64,000 nucleotides of DNA, taken from assembly GCF_963921235.1 (NCBI RefSeq), contig NC_086109.1:2728001-2792000 (forward strand), written 5' to 3'. The notes under the pieces were generated by a model that was given only the letters and a program-made list of their open reading frames with translations, was not told the origin of the DNA and made no database searches. The translations under genes and the position numbers were made by a program. Origin of the DNA: Mobula hypostoma (lineage: Eukaryota). Shown here in pieces: positions 1-11,973 of the stretch (position 1 is its first letter; every line of letters begins with the position of its first letter).

Positions 1-62
1 AACCCATAGTTCTGACACATACACCTTACTCAAGTTTCCCATTGTGTGGTACATGTTCTTTC

Positions 63-64
<2 letters not shown>

Positions 65-105
<41 letters not shown>
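65..105 (+). repeat. (AC)20 microsatellite
   Basis: Pure AC run. Degenerate counterparts at ~18690-18850 and ~63480-63580; the N gap at 47730-47865 covers the homologous position. Confidence 0.95.
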
Positions 106-108
<3 letters not shown>

Positions 109-289
109 GCAAACACTCACACTCTCTGCTCTGTTGTTCCATTTTGTGATCCGGGTTCACAAACACTTTGCTGAGCTCGTGTCAACATGACGAGCAGGAG
201 CAGGAAGCAGACGTGCTACCATTGAACCACACAATATATTCAACTGATCCTGACTAAAACACTTTCTTGTCATTTTCCTTGATCTCCTT

Positions 290-610
290 AATATCTAGAA
301 ATCGATCAATGAAAGAAGAATTTCCGGATCAACGGAGAATCCCAGTGATTTACCACAGTTAGCTGGCTGGCTTCGTAATGGCCTGGTATGGGAACACCAC
401 GTATTTGAGTGGAAAATCCTACAAATTGTACTGAATTCGGTCCAGTACATCATGGATAAAACCTTGCCAGCCACTGAAAGCATCTACATGAAACATTGCC
501 ATAATCAAAGATCCTCACCACCCAGGCCATGCTCTTTTCTCACTGCTGTCATCAGGTAGAAGGTACAAGAGCCTCAGGACCTACACCACCAGGTTCAAGA
601 ACAGGTTATT
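290..610 (+). mobile_element. Old L2/Rex-type LINE 3' fragment within the spacer unit
   Basis: Decayed LINE C-terminal pattern (gatcctcaccacccaggccatgctcttttctca...ggtacaagagcctcaggacctacaccaccaggttcaag), similar to 2480-2760. Confidence 0.5.
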
Positions 611-3600
611 TATTGATATTTATTTATATTTGCATTTGTGCTATTTGTTGTCTATTGATCCTGTTTACAGTTACTGTTCTATAGATTTGCTAAGTATGCC
701 CGCAGAGAAAGAATCTCAGGGTTGTATGTGGTGACATATACGTACTCTGATAATAAAACTTATTTTGAACTTTTTGAATAGAGACCTAGTCTATTACCCA
801 CACTAGTGACATGTCAGACCCACCACATCAGAAACCAGTCTGGTGAACTTTGTGATAATTCCCCTTCAGCATTCATTTCTCACCCATTATCACAGATTCC
901 AACATTGTCCCCGCTCCCAGTGTCAGCTGGGGAGATGTGGGGTTCCCAGTTTTCTCTCTCTCCCTCCTTTTTGAAACAGTCTGTAGAAACCATTCCTTAA
1001 ACTGTAGAGTTTGCCAGGTGATAACCAGGAAGTTGAGTAACTCTACTGACACCTTGCCACAGACTCCGGGATGGAGATCATCAGGCCTGTGTCAATTATC
1101 CATTTTCATGATGTTATTTCGTCATTGATGCTGATGGATTTTGTTTCTACACTTGCATTCAACACTTGTGTATCCTGTATTTCTGGCAGGTTTTTGTGTG
1201 TTCCACAAAGACACATAAAAAGCCATGGTTATTTCCTCTACTGTTCCTTCATTCCCCATTACAAATACCCACATCTGTCTGTAAGGGAACTACAGTTGTA
1301 CCTGCTGCTGTGTTTGTTTCATGTCCTGATTCCGGCTCTCACAGTCTGTTCTTAATACCCTTCAACTTTCCTATTTCGCTTTCTTCAACGATATATCTGT
1401 GACCCTTTGCTGTGTTCATAATCAATCTCAATCCTCAGGCTTACGACTCATTCTGCAGGTTAACAACCATTTCTGGCAATGATATCAGGATTTTATTTAT
1501 CATTGTCTCTCACTGCTTCCATGTCCAATTTTGTAATTTGGGCTATTGACAGATCGACAGTCTGTCTGCCAAGAGAGAGAGAAACCCAGCACTTGCACCA
1601 AAAAGGGAGATGACTGTTAACAATTTCCACTCTCTTTCTGCATTCCAGTGCCCCCCACACCCGCCACTTCCTGCCCCCATCATCCACCATTCCAACAGCA
1701 ATTCCCCATCAAGATCTTTACCCATGAAATATCTCCAGACCAGATCCCAGTTCCTGGGTTCGGAGGGGTCCTGAGTCACATGTACTGAATTCCACATCCC
1801 TGCCAATCCTTCCCAATCCTGTGAACAACTGATACCTGTTTCTCAAGCTCTGTTTCCAGAATTAGAAGCAGGATGGTTCTATGGCTGCAGAAAAAGTCAA
1901 TCCTCTGTCCCAAAACCCACCAGTAACCAAACTTTTCTTGCTCTCCATGTCAAACTCGTGTTTTATGAGAGTGTGACAGGAGAGACAGCTTCACTGTGTC
2001 CAACCTACACTCTCCGTGCCCTGGTAGTGAAGGACCCAGAAATGCCCAAGTCCACAAAGTAACAGAGAACCTGGAGAGAAGGATTTTAAAGACAAAGACT
2101 TGCTCTGAATCAAACTTACAGAGTGAGGCGCAGAGAGTTAGCCAACAGGAGATCAGCAGATGCCTGGTGTTCATTGTTCTCACAGAACAGTGTAGACGTT
2201 GGTGGGCTGCACAAAGCTTCATCCCCTAGTCAGTATGTTGTGAACAGCAGTTGACAAGAAAGTAGGTGTTGTGCAGAAGGTGAAATACAGAGGTGTGATC
2301 ACAAGCAGAAAGCCACAGCGCTCGATGTCACGAGTGGACTGACTGATGTCAGTATTTCACCTCACACCAAATAAGAACAATAAAACCAGGAGGATTTTTG
2401 GCCCCTTGTTCCTGCTCCACAATCAATGAGACTCTGACTGATCTTTTATCTCATCACCACAGTCCTGACCAAAAGAACAGAAAAGCCAACATAAAGTGGT
2501 GGATATGGCCCAGTCCATCACAAGAAAAACCCTCCCCACCACTGAGCAGATCTACAAGGAGCACTGCGACAAGAAAGCAACGTGCATTATCAAGGACCCC
2601 GACCATCCAGTCCATAATCTCCTTTCATTGCTGCTGTCAGAAAGGAGATACAGACCTCAGGTTCCACACCACCAGGTTCAGGAACAGTTACACATCAGAC
2701 TCCTGAACCAGTGTGGATAACTTCACACACCACAACTCTGAATTGATTCCACAACCTATGGACTCACTTCCAATGATTTCATGTTGTAGAGCATATGAGG
2801 AGCATTTGATGGCTCTGGGCCTGTACTCACTGAAATTTGGAAGAATGAGTGGAAATTTCATTGAAACCTATCGAATGTTGAAAGACCGCGACAGAGGACA
2901 TAAGAAAATGCTTCTTATGGTGAAGGAGTGTAGGACCAGAGGACACAGCCTCTGAATAGAGGAACGTCCATTTACCCTGATCCAACACAAACTGCATTTT
3001 ATTTTCCATTTGACTCTTTCTCTGCCCACCTGACCAAACAATCTCATCTCCCTGAAGTCTGAAGCTTTCATACAACAACCCAAGGGATTAAATCCTCACC
3101 CTGTGGATTGTCAGTCATGAAGGTATTAAAAAACTGTAGAACACTGAATGACCCAGGGACAGGGGAAATAGTAAAAACAAATATATTCTTTGTAGTGGAA
3201 GGAATGAAGGCTGCCATTTTATGTGTGTTCTCTGCGGCCACCATTTTGTGAGCTGGCTACCCCCAGGGATGGTTTCATCAGAGCAGCAAAAATTAGATGC
3301 ACTGGGGTCAACAATCTGATAAATAAGAGATCATTTCCAAATAAAAAGCTCATTTTGATTTTGTCAGACTGTCAGGCTTATCAAAGAAACAGCCTGTGTG
3401 ACCTGAGGAAGACTGAGCTGCATATTTGGATGAACTGGGTTGAACAAAGGAAGTGACATGGGGTAAGAGCAATAAATTAATACTGTTTGTGGCCTTGTGC
3501 CGGATCCAGTGAGAGGCTGGCACAGGTCAGTCAGATGAAACAGAGCCACTGAAATCAAAAAACAACAGTTTAATCGACAAGGCAGAGAATACGAATGAAG

Positions 3601-3742
3601 GGTTTCAGTGACACAAGAAGTGTGCGACCTTGGTGAAAGCCTTGCAAAGTTGTAACATGGTGGCAGGAAGTGGTTGAGGCTGTGAAACAGAAAATGGTGC
3701 TGGAGTCCAGCTGTCTCTGGAATGAGAGAGAAAACACATATA

Positions 3743-6700
3743 TGTAAGGGGGTTTCGTCTTTTTTGTTACTGTAGGGGCTTATTAAAATGGCTTCTTTGT
3801 TATGTTATACTTGGGAATGATTCTTTGTTATGTTATACTTGGGAATGCTTCTTTGTTATGTTAAACACTGAGAAAGTTCTTGCGCTTGCAGTTTGTTTTG
3901 GATAATCTACTGATAGGAGGACAAATGAACCAATTGGGTTAATTGTTATGCCTGTGGGGTGTCTGTAAGAGATTGTATGCACGGGGTTTTGGGGGGAGAA
4001 GGCGGGAGAGAGAGAGAGACAGAGGATGGACCAGGTGCTGTGAGTCCGCTAACGGGGTCATACCCCGAGGAGGGCGTTCCGCGAGGAAAGGAGATGGAGA
4101 TGGACTCATGTGGAGCGTCTGTTCGACCACCGTTGTTGGTCCCAGGCGGCCGGTCGAGGTGGTCCGACGGGTTGCAGGGTGAAGGAGAAGGGTCCTGAGC
4201 TCCAACTGTTTGTTCACGAAGAGATTGAACTTTGATAAGTGTGGCACCTTTTATTTTCCTTTTATATTTTATTCTCTATTAATTATATAGTTCCAGTAAT
4301 ATCTATAAACTGTAAATCATTTAATCATATCTGGTGTATTGTCTGTTATTTGGGCGGGGTGGGGTACATCACACAGCATCCACACAAACGAATTATCCAG
4401 TTTGTGGGGCCGAGGGCTGTTTCCCTAGGCAATGGCAAGCTGAGCGACCCTGAGGGTGGCCGGGGAGGCTACATAGTAGGGGTTCGTCTGGGATTGGATC
4501 TACTGGTATGCTGTGTGGTTGCCCTCTTTAAATCAGTAATGTGTGTCTCTGTGGGTTATTTGCTGGTTATTGCTGTATGCATGGTGAGTGAGGTCTTTGT
4601 TCGAGTTCAGACTAGCATTGACGAGTTGGATGTGGAACTCGGGGCTGTCCATGCTGTTGGGAGAGAGAGGAAAGGGTGGTCTGATTTGGAGGTAGGGTCT
4701 GCAAATAAATGATCTAGCTCTGGCAGGCTTTGCCTGGCGTTTGGGATAGTGTCCACCCCAAGAGGGGCGGAGGCGTGCGAGACATGGGCGGAGCGGATCT
4801 CTCAGTTGTTAGATGAGTGGCAGTGCTCGGTTGAGGGAGAGCGACAGGGATTGGTTGAAAGTTTGAGTAGGCGGGCTGGTGACGGTGTTAGAGCTGTCAG
4901 GTTCACTTACACCGTAGTGACAGCTGTCAGTTATTTGAAAGAGGGGGGAACGTTTTCAGTGTGTCTTCTCTGGCTAGGAGGGCGGCTAAATTGCTTGCAG
5001 GGCCAGGGGGATCATTTCAGGGGATCAGCCCCTCCTTCAGTTGTTCAGCTGATCAGAGAGGTGTCGGGAAACTTAGTGGAGGCCCAGTGGGGAACGGCTT
5101 GGGGTCTCAGGGGAAGCACGTTCCCCGCAATGTACCGATGAACTTCCGAAAGGAAAAGACCGTATTCCTGAAGGCTTAGAGGGGCCACGCCCCAGGGTGT
5201 CGCTATGGATAGAGGGAAGCGATGCTAACGCTATCCTCGACCCCGGGGCACAGGTCAAGTTGTTGTACAGTTCGTTTTACAACCGGTGTCTGAAGCATTT
5301 ATCCTTGACAACCGCAAGGGCACCGGAGATTTTGGATACTAGTGTCAGTAGTTATCCAGAAGACGATGATTGGTTAATGACCCTGGAGCTCATGGAGGCA
5401 TTGTCTGGGCACCCAGTATGTCGAGTTGCTTCTGAGGACGTGTGTAGCAGCCTTGAGCCGGTACCGAATTTAAACGAGACCCAGCTGTGGTACGGTTTGG
5501 GGAAAGTAGCTGAGGGTGAGACCCTCTTAGTAGATGCTCCGAACTACCACGAGGGACGGGAGTTGACCGCTGAAGACACATCAGTGAGAGAGTGGTTGCA
5601 GCAACTCGACCCTGGCGGCGTGGAAGATGGAGGCAGCGTGTGTGCGGATTATGCGATGCGGTTTAATGTGCTGGATCTGAGGAGTGGATGTTGCCAGATC
5701 CCGAGGAGTGGGGCTGTCGAGCCGATGATGGCCATTGTTAGTTCCTTAGGATTACTCTGATACGAAAAGATGCCCAAGGGCATATCCGGAGCCCCTGCAT
5801 CCTTACCATGGGGCATGAGGAAGAGCATGTGGGAAGTGAAGGTGTGTGGAGTTTTGGTGTATGTGGATGACCGCCTAGAGTTTGGATTCGCCTGGGGGTA
5901 CTATGAGGCGAGGCGAGTGGCTGAGCCCGGGCGACCGAAGCGAAGTGTCAAATGTGGAGGAGTTTTTGGCCAGAGGAGTTTGGTGCAATGTGAGAAAATT
6001 GACCCGACATACCAGTTGAACTTCCTGGTGTTGGAGCAGACAGTGGAGGACCTGGGGATGGAAACCCAGGTCGTCAATCTGAATGAGACACAGGCGAGAG
6101 AGGGGATTTGCACCGCTGAACTGAGTGCTCAGAAATGCCGGCTGGAGACTGAGTGCCACATTTGTGGGGCAACCATTGCAGACTTGGAATTCACGCCCGT
6201 CAACGTGGAGAAGGAGCAACGGAATTCCGAGCCGACACTGCGGTCATGTACTGATGAATTAATCCAGCGAGAAGAAACAATAACCCACCTTCGAAGGGAT
6301 TAGCGGAAATTCAAGACGTCGATTCAGAAAAGATTGGAAGACTTACAAGTTGGGGAAGATCAGGGAAGTGTTCTGACTAAGGCCAACAGAAAATTGAGAG
6401 CCCAGGGAGGGGAGTTTGACTACACTCCCGAGGAGGTGAAGAAATGGAGGACAGATCTCAGAAAAGGGAGGCGGACGCTTGAAAGGAACCTGAAGATGAC
6501 TATCGAGAGTTTAAATAAAGTGGAAAAACTGAAAGTTGACCTGGAAGACATCCTCAGGAAGAAACAACCGGAGGCTGAACGTCCTTTAACTGCTGCTTTT
6601 CAGGTCAGGGAGGAAGAAGCTGGTGGGGTAACTGCGTCCCAGATTGAGATGGCCAGGAACCCTGAGTCAGAACTACTGAGGCTGTGGCGAGAGTTGAAGG

Positions 6701-7973
6701 AGTCCCCGAAGAAGCTGCCGTCTCGACTGCAGGAGGCTGAAGGGGTAGCCCCAGCTAAATGTTTCAGTTTGGAGAAACTCAAATAGCAGCTACCGATCGA
6801 GGGAATGAGGAAGGATACGGATTCGAAGGATGATGTGCCGGACATGTGGTACATGCTGCCTTTCGCTAACTTCCCCGTGATTGAGGAAGAGACCTTTGGC
6901 CCTTCTCCCACTGAGTCAGCTGTAGTGGGGAGGGCTAGCTGTGGGCAGTCTCAGTTACGGCAGGACCAGGAAAGAGGAGAGGCGGGGCCCCGGACACGGG
7001 AGTGGGGGCTCCGAGCTGTAGTGGTGGCCTGAGAGAGAGAGGAGTTGGCAAGCAGCCCGAGGTATCCCTAGTAGTGTCTGAGCCTTTTGGGTTTAGGTGA
7101 GGGGGTACGGAGGTCTCGGAGGGTTAAGAAGCTCCCAGGTAGGTTGGCCTATGTAGCGCCCGTGGGGCAGGCGTAAGGTCCACTGTTTGGGGAACTCTGT
7201 CACTGTGTGTATCTGTGTACGTGTGTGTTGGGTGTCTGCAGGACTGGTTGGCGAGTTATTTAGAAGTCATGAGGACATGACTTTATTTGGTGGGTGGAGA
7301 GTGTAAGGGGGTTTCGTCTTTTTTGTTACTGTGTAGGTTAATTAAAATGGCTTCTTTGTTATGTTAAACGCTGAGAATGTTTTTGCGTTGGCGGTTTGTT
7401 TTGGATTATCTACTGATAGGAAGACAAATGAACCGATTGGGTTAATTGTTATGGCTGTGGGGTGTCTGTAAGATATTGTATGCACGGGGTTTTGGGGGGA
7501 AAAGGCGGGAGAGACAGTCAGAGGATGGACCAGGTGCTGTGAGTTCGCTAACTGGATCGGACCCCGAGCGGGGTGTTCGGCGAGAAGGGGAGACGGAGAC
7601 GGACTCGTGTGGAGCGTCTGTTCGACCACCGTTGTTGGTCCCAGGTGGCCGGTTGAGGTGGTGCGAGGGGTTGCAGGGTGAAGAAGAAGAGTCTTGAGCT
7701 CCAACTGTTTTGTGCACGAAAAGATTGAACTTTGATAAGTGTGGCGCCTTTTATTTTCCTTTTATATTTTATTCTCTATTAATTATATAGTTCCAGTAAT
7801 ATCTATAAACTGTAAATCATTTAATCGTATCTGGTGTATTGTCTGTTATTTGGGCGGGATGGGTACATCACACAGCATCCACACAAACTAATTACCCAGT
7901 TTGGCGGGGCCGAGGGCTGTTTCCCTAGACGACAGCGAGCCGAGCGACCCTGAGGGTGACCAGGGGGGATACA
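3743..7973 (+). mobile_element. Degraded, internally deleted Gypsy LTR retrotransposon with PNMA-like gag, protease and RT remnants
   Basis: LTRs 3743-4473 and 7302-7973 with TG...CA ends. 4-bp TSD TATA/TACA against the empty site acacatacagatggg (e.g. ~51455). Gag remnant [15 protein letters not shown]...LVESL (4749-5141), protease ILDPGAQV (5197-5760), RT MPKGISGAPA...VYVDD (5770-6303). Purine tract before the 3' LTR. Confidence 0.9.
4477..4495 (+). promoter_or_regulatory. Degenerate tRNA-Pro primer-binding site
   Basis: TAGGGGTTCGTCTGGGATT versus the tRNA-Pro PBS TGGGGGCTCGTCCGGGATT (3 mismatches), 3 nt after the 5' LTR. Confidence 0.75.
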
Positions 7974-8039
7974 TACAGATGGGCAGCAGAAAGTTCTGCT
8001 GTCTCACAACTCCAGAAAACCCAGTTTAAAACTGGTTTT

Positions 8040-8295
8040 AGATTCCATCTGTGTGGAGTTTGCATGTTCTCCCAGTGAAGGCACGGGTTACCCCGGGTGC
8101 TCCCATTTCCTCCCAGATTCCAAAGAGACAAGGGTGGAGGGTTAATTGGCCACTATAAATTGCCCCCACTGAGAGGATGAGGGGTAGAATGTGGGGGAGG
8201 TGATGGGATTAATGAAATGGTATTGCTGTAAAGTGGTGTTTGATGATCGGTGTTCACTCATGGATCAAAGGGCCGGTTTCGGTGCTGTTTGACCC
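8040..8295 (+). mobile_element. HE1-like V-SINE (other copies ~51525-51700, ~53657-53832, and inverted ~55796-55975)
   Basis: V-domain-like core tgtgtggagtttgcatgttctccc...ccgggtgctcccatttcctcccag...aattggccactataaattgccc followed by a CR1-like tail. Confidence 0.7.
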
Positions 8296-8313
8296 CATGG
8301 ACAGCAGAGGAAG

Positions 8314-8372
8314 TCAGAGAACACTGCGATTCTTCTGAAGATCTGTGTAAATGATGCCTGTCTCCAGTGGGT
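8314..8372 (-). CDS. Gene A cytoplasmic exon (D)PLETGIIYTDLQKNRSVL*, with ITIM-like IIYTDL
   Basis: Acceptor tttctgtcccacAG at 8374-8373; phase 1; TGA at 8316-8314; homologous to the exon starting at 39429. Confidence 0.7.
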
Positions 8373-8534
8373 CTGTGGGACAGAAAGCAGAGGTGACAGG
8401 GTCTGTACTGAAACTATTCCCACTTTACCCCATCTAACCCCTCTCTCCCATCCCAGTTGTCCCCTCTCTACCCACCCCCTCACTCTGCCTCCCCCAAATA
8501 CTAGACTCAATGACAGAGTGTCAGATACACTTGC

Positions 8535-8684
8535 CTTCAGTCCCTGAAGTTACTTCCCTTCCCTCAGGTCTTCTCCTCCATGTGACCGTGAGGACCACAG
8601 TGAGGGCAAAGATCAGGAGGGTCCACATCACTAACAATCTGATCACCCAGGTCACTGCATCTCCCGCTGCTGTTGCTTTAGGGG
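8535..8684 (-). CDS. Gene A transmembrane exon PKATAAGDAVTWVIRLLVMWTLLIFALTVVLTVTWRRRPEGREVTSGTE
   Basis: Acceptor tttgttacAG; 150 nt; phase 1-1; hydrophobic stretch followed by an RRR stop-transfer; donor AG|GCAAGT. Confidence 0.85.
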
Positions 8685-8819
8685 CTGTAACAAAGAGGAG
8701 AAAAGATTTCCTGATGAATCCAGTCCTCACGTTCCCAGTGACACAGGATTGATGAATTCACTCCATCCCTCCTCAGTCGAAGAAAACTCCCTGTCACCTC
8801 AACACGGTCCCTCAGTACT

Positions 8820-9300
8820 CTACAATCACCATCACGTAACTACCCTCCAAACCCCACCTCTCCACCCCGCTCCCCTCCCTTCCAACATCCTTCAGACCCT
8901 CCACCCCATTCCCTCCAATCTCCATCATATCATGGTCCTGCACTACTCCCCTCCGATACCCATCAGTCCCCTCAGTCCCCATTCTCTCCAATCACTATCA
9001 AATCACTCCCCTCCCTTCTCCTCCATTCCAATATGCCTCAGTCCCTCCATCTACATTCCCTCCAATCAACATCACATCACTGTCCTGCACCTCTCCTCTC
9101 CTCTCCAATACCCCTCAATCGCCTTGCTCCCCATTTCCTCTAATCACCATTACATCACTGTCCTGCACCTCTCACCTCCCCTCCAATACCCCTCAGTCCT
9201 CTCTCCATCCCCATTCCTCCAATCACCATTACATCACTCCCCTCCCTTCTCCTCCTCTCCAATACCCCTCAGTCCCCTCATCCCCTAGTCAATATCACAT
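8820..9300 (+). repeat. Pyrimidine-rich degenerate tandem repeat in the C2-TM intron (shorter counterpart ~39880-40140)
   Basis: Recurrent units such as tccaatcaccattacatcactgtcctgcacctctc and ccaatacccctcagtcc. Confidence 0.75.
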
Positions 9301-9702
9301 CACAGCCCTCCACCACCCTTCTACACTGTGGTGCTCCCACAGGTACACAGAAGAAGAATACAGTTGACAGACATATTTGGAAATGTTTGTGACAGGAATT
9401 AAGGAAATGGTAGAGGAACCAAAACTGAAGTTCCCATCTTCTCAAACAAAGGTACAAAAAATCTCCCAGAAATACAGAGACCCTGTGGCCTTAAACAGCG
9501 AGGAAAGAAAAGATGTTCTCTAAAACTCATCCAATCCCTCAGTCACCCCTCACACATCCTCAGTTCCCTGTAACACAGACTCTCTCCACTGCTGTTAATC
9601 ATTTCCCTCATCCATTCCCTCGATAACCCCTCTTTCTCAGTGCCTGTACCATCGACTGCAAATCCACTCATGTTCATCCAGTTCTTTCTCACTGACTTCA
9701 GG

Positions 9703-9983
9703 ATTGAAGGACGTTCTTTTAGAACTGAGTTGCGGAGAAATTTAGTCAGAGGGTGGTAAATCTGTGGAATGTGTTGCCACGAGCGGCTGTGAAGGCCAAG
9801 GGTGTATTTAAGGCAGAGATAGGGAGGTTCTTGATTAGCCAGGGCACCAAAGGGTGTGCGGTGAAAGCAGGGGAGTGGGGATGACTGGAAGAATTGGATC
9901 AGCCCATGATTGAATGGTGGAGCAGGATGGATGGGCTGAATGGCCTACTTCTGCTCCTATATCTTATGGTCTTATGGTCTTAT
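9703..9983 (+). mobile_element. CR1 3' fragment (duplicate ~40532-40812)
   Basis: gagggtggtaaatctgtggaat...ggcctacttctgctcctatatc with a (CTTATGGT)n tail. Confidence 0.8.
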
Positions 9984-10013
9984 GATTGTTTTGTGTCTGA
10001 TATTACCCTCGCT

Positions 10014-10433
10014 TGTCACAACCACAGATTCGGCAGCACAGTAGATACGGCAATCGCACTTGTGAATTTGCACGTGTTGGGTAATTATTATTTAATCGTG
10101 ATAGTATTTAACTACATTCTTGTCGTCGTAGTGCTTGTCGAGACTTGGACAGAGCATAGCAAAGCTTCACTGCCATTTTGCATTCGGCCGTCCCTGAGCC
10201 ATTGGACTTTCAAAACCAACTGACTCTGAAGACTAACGGTATTCGTTTAATGTTTAGATATTCTTTTCGGCCGCAGTGTAGGCTTCATTTCCCTTTTGAG
10301 AGTTTTAGTTAACGACCCTGCTTGGCCTAGCATTTATTGTTTTATTTTCCCTTTTTTGAATTAAAGTCTGAACTATCGACCTGTTTCAGTGTCTCTCACT
10401 CCGCACTTGGGCCATATCGGAACCGTGGTGACA
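10014..10433. mobile_element. Solo LTR-like element, 420 bp
   Basis: TGTCAC...GTGACA inverted termini. No convincing TSD. Shared with gene B at 40843-41262. Confidence 0.65.
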
Positions 10434-10948
10434 CTGCTTCCTGACACTGTCACCAGGAACCCCTCTTCCCCATCACCGTGTATCACTGAATGTATCCACT
10501 GATACTGACTGAGTTCCTCACGTTTTCCCTTCATCCCTCCTCTCCACAAACTCCCGGAGTCACTAAATGTATGTCCAGTGATGTCATTCAATCTCCCTTA
10601 CCTAGTTCCTCAGAAACCCCTCTTCCTCAGTCTCCAGTGCCACAGACTGTTTCTCCACTGATGTTAATCCTGTTCCCTCACACTATCCCTCTGCAGCCCC
10701 TCTCCCCTCGTGTCTTTGTCCCTGTCTGTATCTCTGATGATGTTGATCCAGCTCCCTGACACTGTCCATTACTGCTCAGTGAGATTTGCCCCGTTCCCCG
10801 CAGAACTGAGGCTGAGTCAATGTCCTGATCCGGCTGCTCCGGGCTTCGTGTCTGCAAACGTCGCAACAATTTTCCCCATTGTGTGATGATCGGAGACTGA
10901 GTCAGTGTCCTGTTCCGGCTGCTCCAGGCTTCGTGTCTATGGACTCAC

Positions 10949-11973
10949 TGTTACACTGGAGGGTGCATTGGCAGCAAGGGTGGACTCAAATGCAAGACAC
11001 ATCCTGTGAGGTTACTTAGATTTAGTTTATTGTTCGATACCAGGAGAGCAAGGCACGAGCAGGAAATAGCGAACTGGTCAAGGACTGAGGACTACGACTA
11101 GGCTGGGACCAAGGGTCTGGTCTAGAACTCGGAAGCGGCTCCCAGAACTAGAGGAGACATGAAGAGGCTAGGGTATGGACTCCAAGCCCAAGACTGGGCA
11201 AGGACCCAGTACCTGGGTCTTGCCTCGGGCTCGGACCCCAGAACCAGGCATGGACATGACATGGGCTAGGGAGAGGAGGAACATGGGAAAACAGAGCCTC
11301 GGTCTCGGGAGAGCAGGTACATGGAACCATAGACACATACACAGAACACAGAGTCGGGACCCCTCCTTGGGCACAGGACATAGGGCCGGGACTCATGACC
11401 CTCCGCGGGGCAACGTAGAGACGGCCTGACTTATCCCACGGAGGCGAGGACACGACAAGACAGAACATGATCCCGCTACGGGGCAACGGCAAGACGGCCT
11501 GATCTACCCCACGGAGGCGAGGACAAGACGTGACAAGACATGACCCCCCGTGGGGCAATGGCAAGACAGCCTGACTTACCCCCACGGAGGCGAGGACAAG
11601 ACAAGACAAGACCAACACGAATGAACACCAGACAGTATCTATCTAGCTCTGGTGATGGAACTAGACTGAAGTACAGGCGGGGGCTGCAGACGAGGGCTAG
11701 AGGCGAGAGGGACAAAGAAGGGATTCAGACAAGGGGGTAGGACAGGAATCACAGACCGCCAGGCCCAGGACTTGACTTGGAGCCTCCGGGTAGTGGCGAG
11801 CTCTCGACTCGGCCCGGGAACAGTAAACAACGGTTCTTGATTCCCTCCGGCGGGTTAACTGACGGACCCACCTTGGTGAGGAAACTTTGCAGGCTCGCTT
11901 TGGCGAGGTAACTGGACAGGGTTGCTCCGGTGAGGAAGGGCGAATTAAAGGGACCCCGATCTGGACCATGACA
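10949..11973. mobile_element. Solo LTR-like insertion, 1025 bp, specific to gene A
   Basis: TGTTACA...TGACA ends; 5-bp TSD CTCAC at 10944-10948 and 11974-11978; empty site ggactcactggttaat at ~41685; internal ~60-bp repeats at ~11415-11610. Confidence 0.85.

Larger units (their letters stand above)
1..8322 (+). repeat. Spacer unit U0 of the segmental amplicon (1-3742 and 7974-8322), interrupted by a Gypsy element
   Basis: Colinear with 18297-26690, 47370-51700 and the reverse complement of 55796-64000. The same short ORFs recur (1071/20709/48799/61901; 2496/25542/50216/57056). Confidence 0.95.

Noticed and set aside
1071-1355. 94-aa ORF MEIIRPVSII... open in four copies
   Set aside because: It recurs only because the spacer is duplicated. 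Differences are mostly amino-acid changing and there is no recognisable domain or splice context.
4749-5141. PNMA/Ma-like host gene
   Set aside because: It lies between LTRs with a PBS and pol remnants and is broken by stops and frameshifts, so it is retrotransposon gag.
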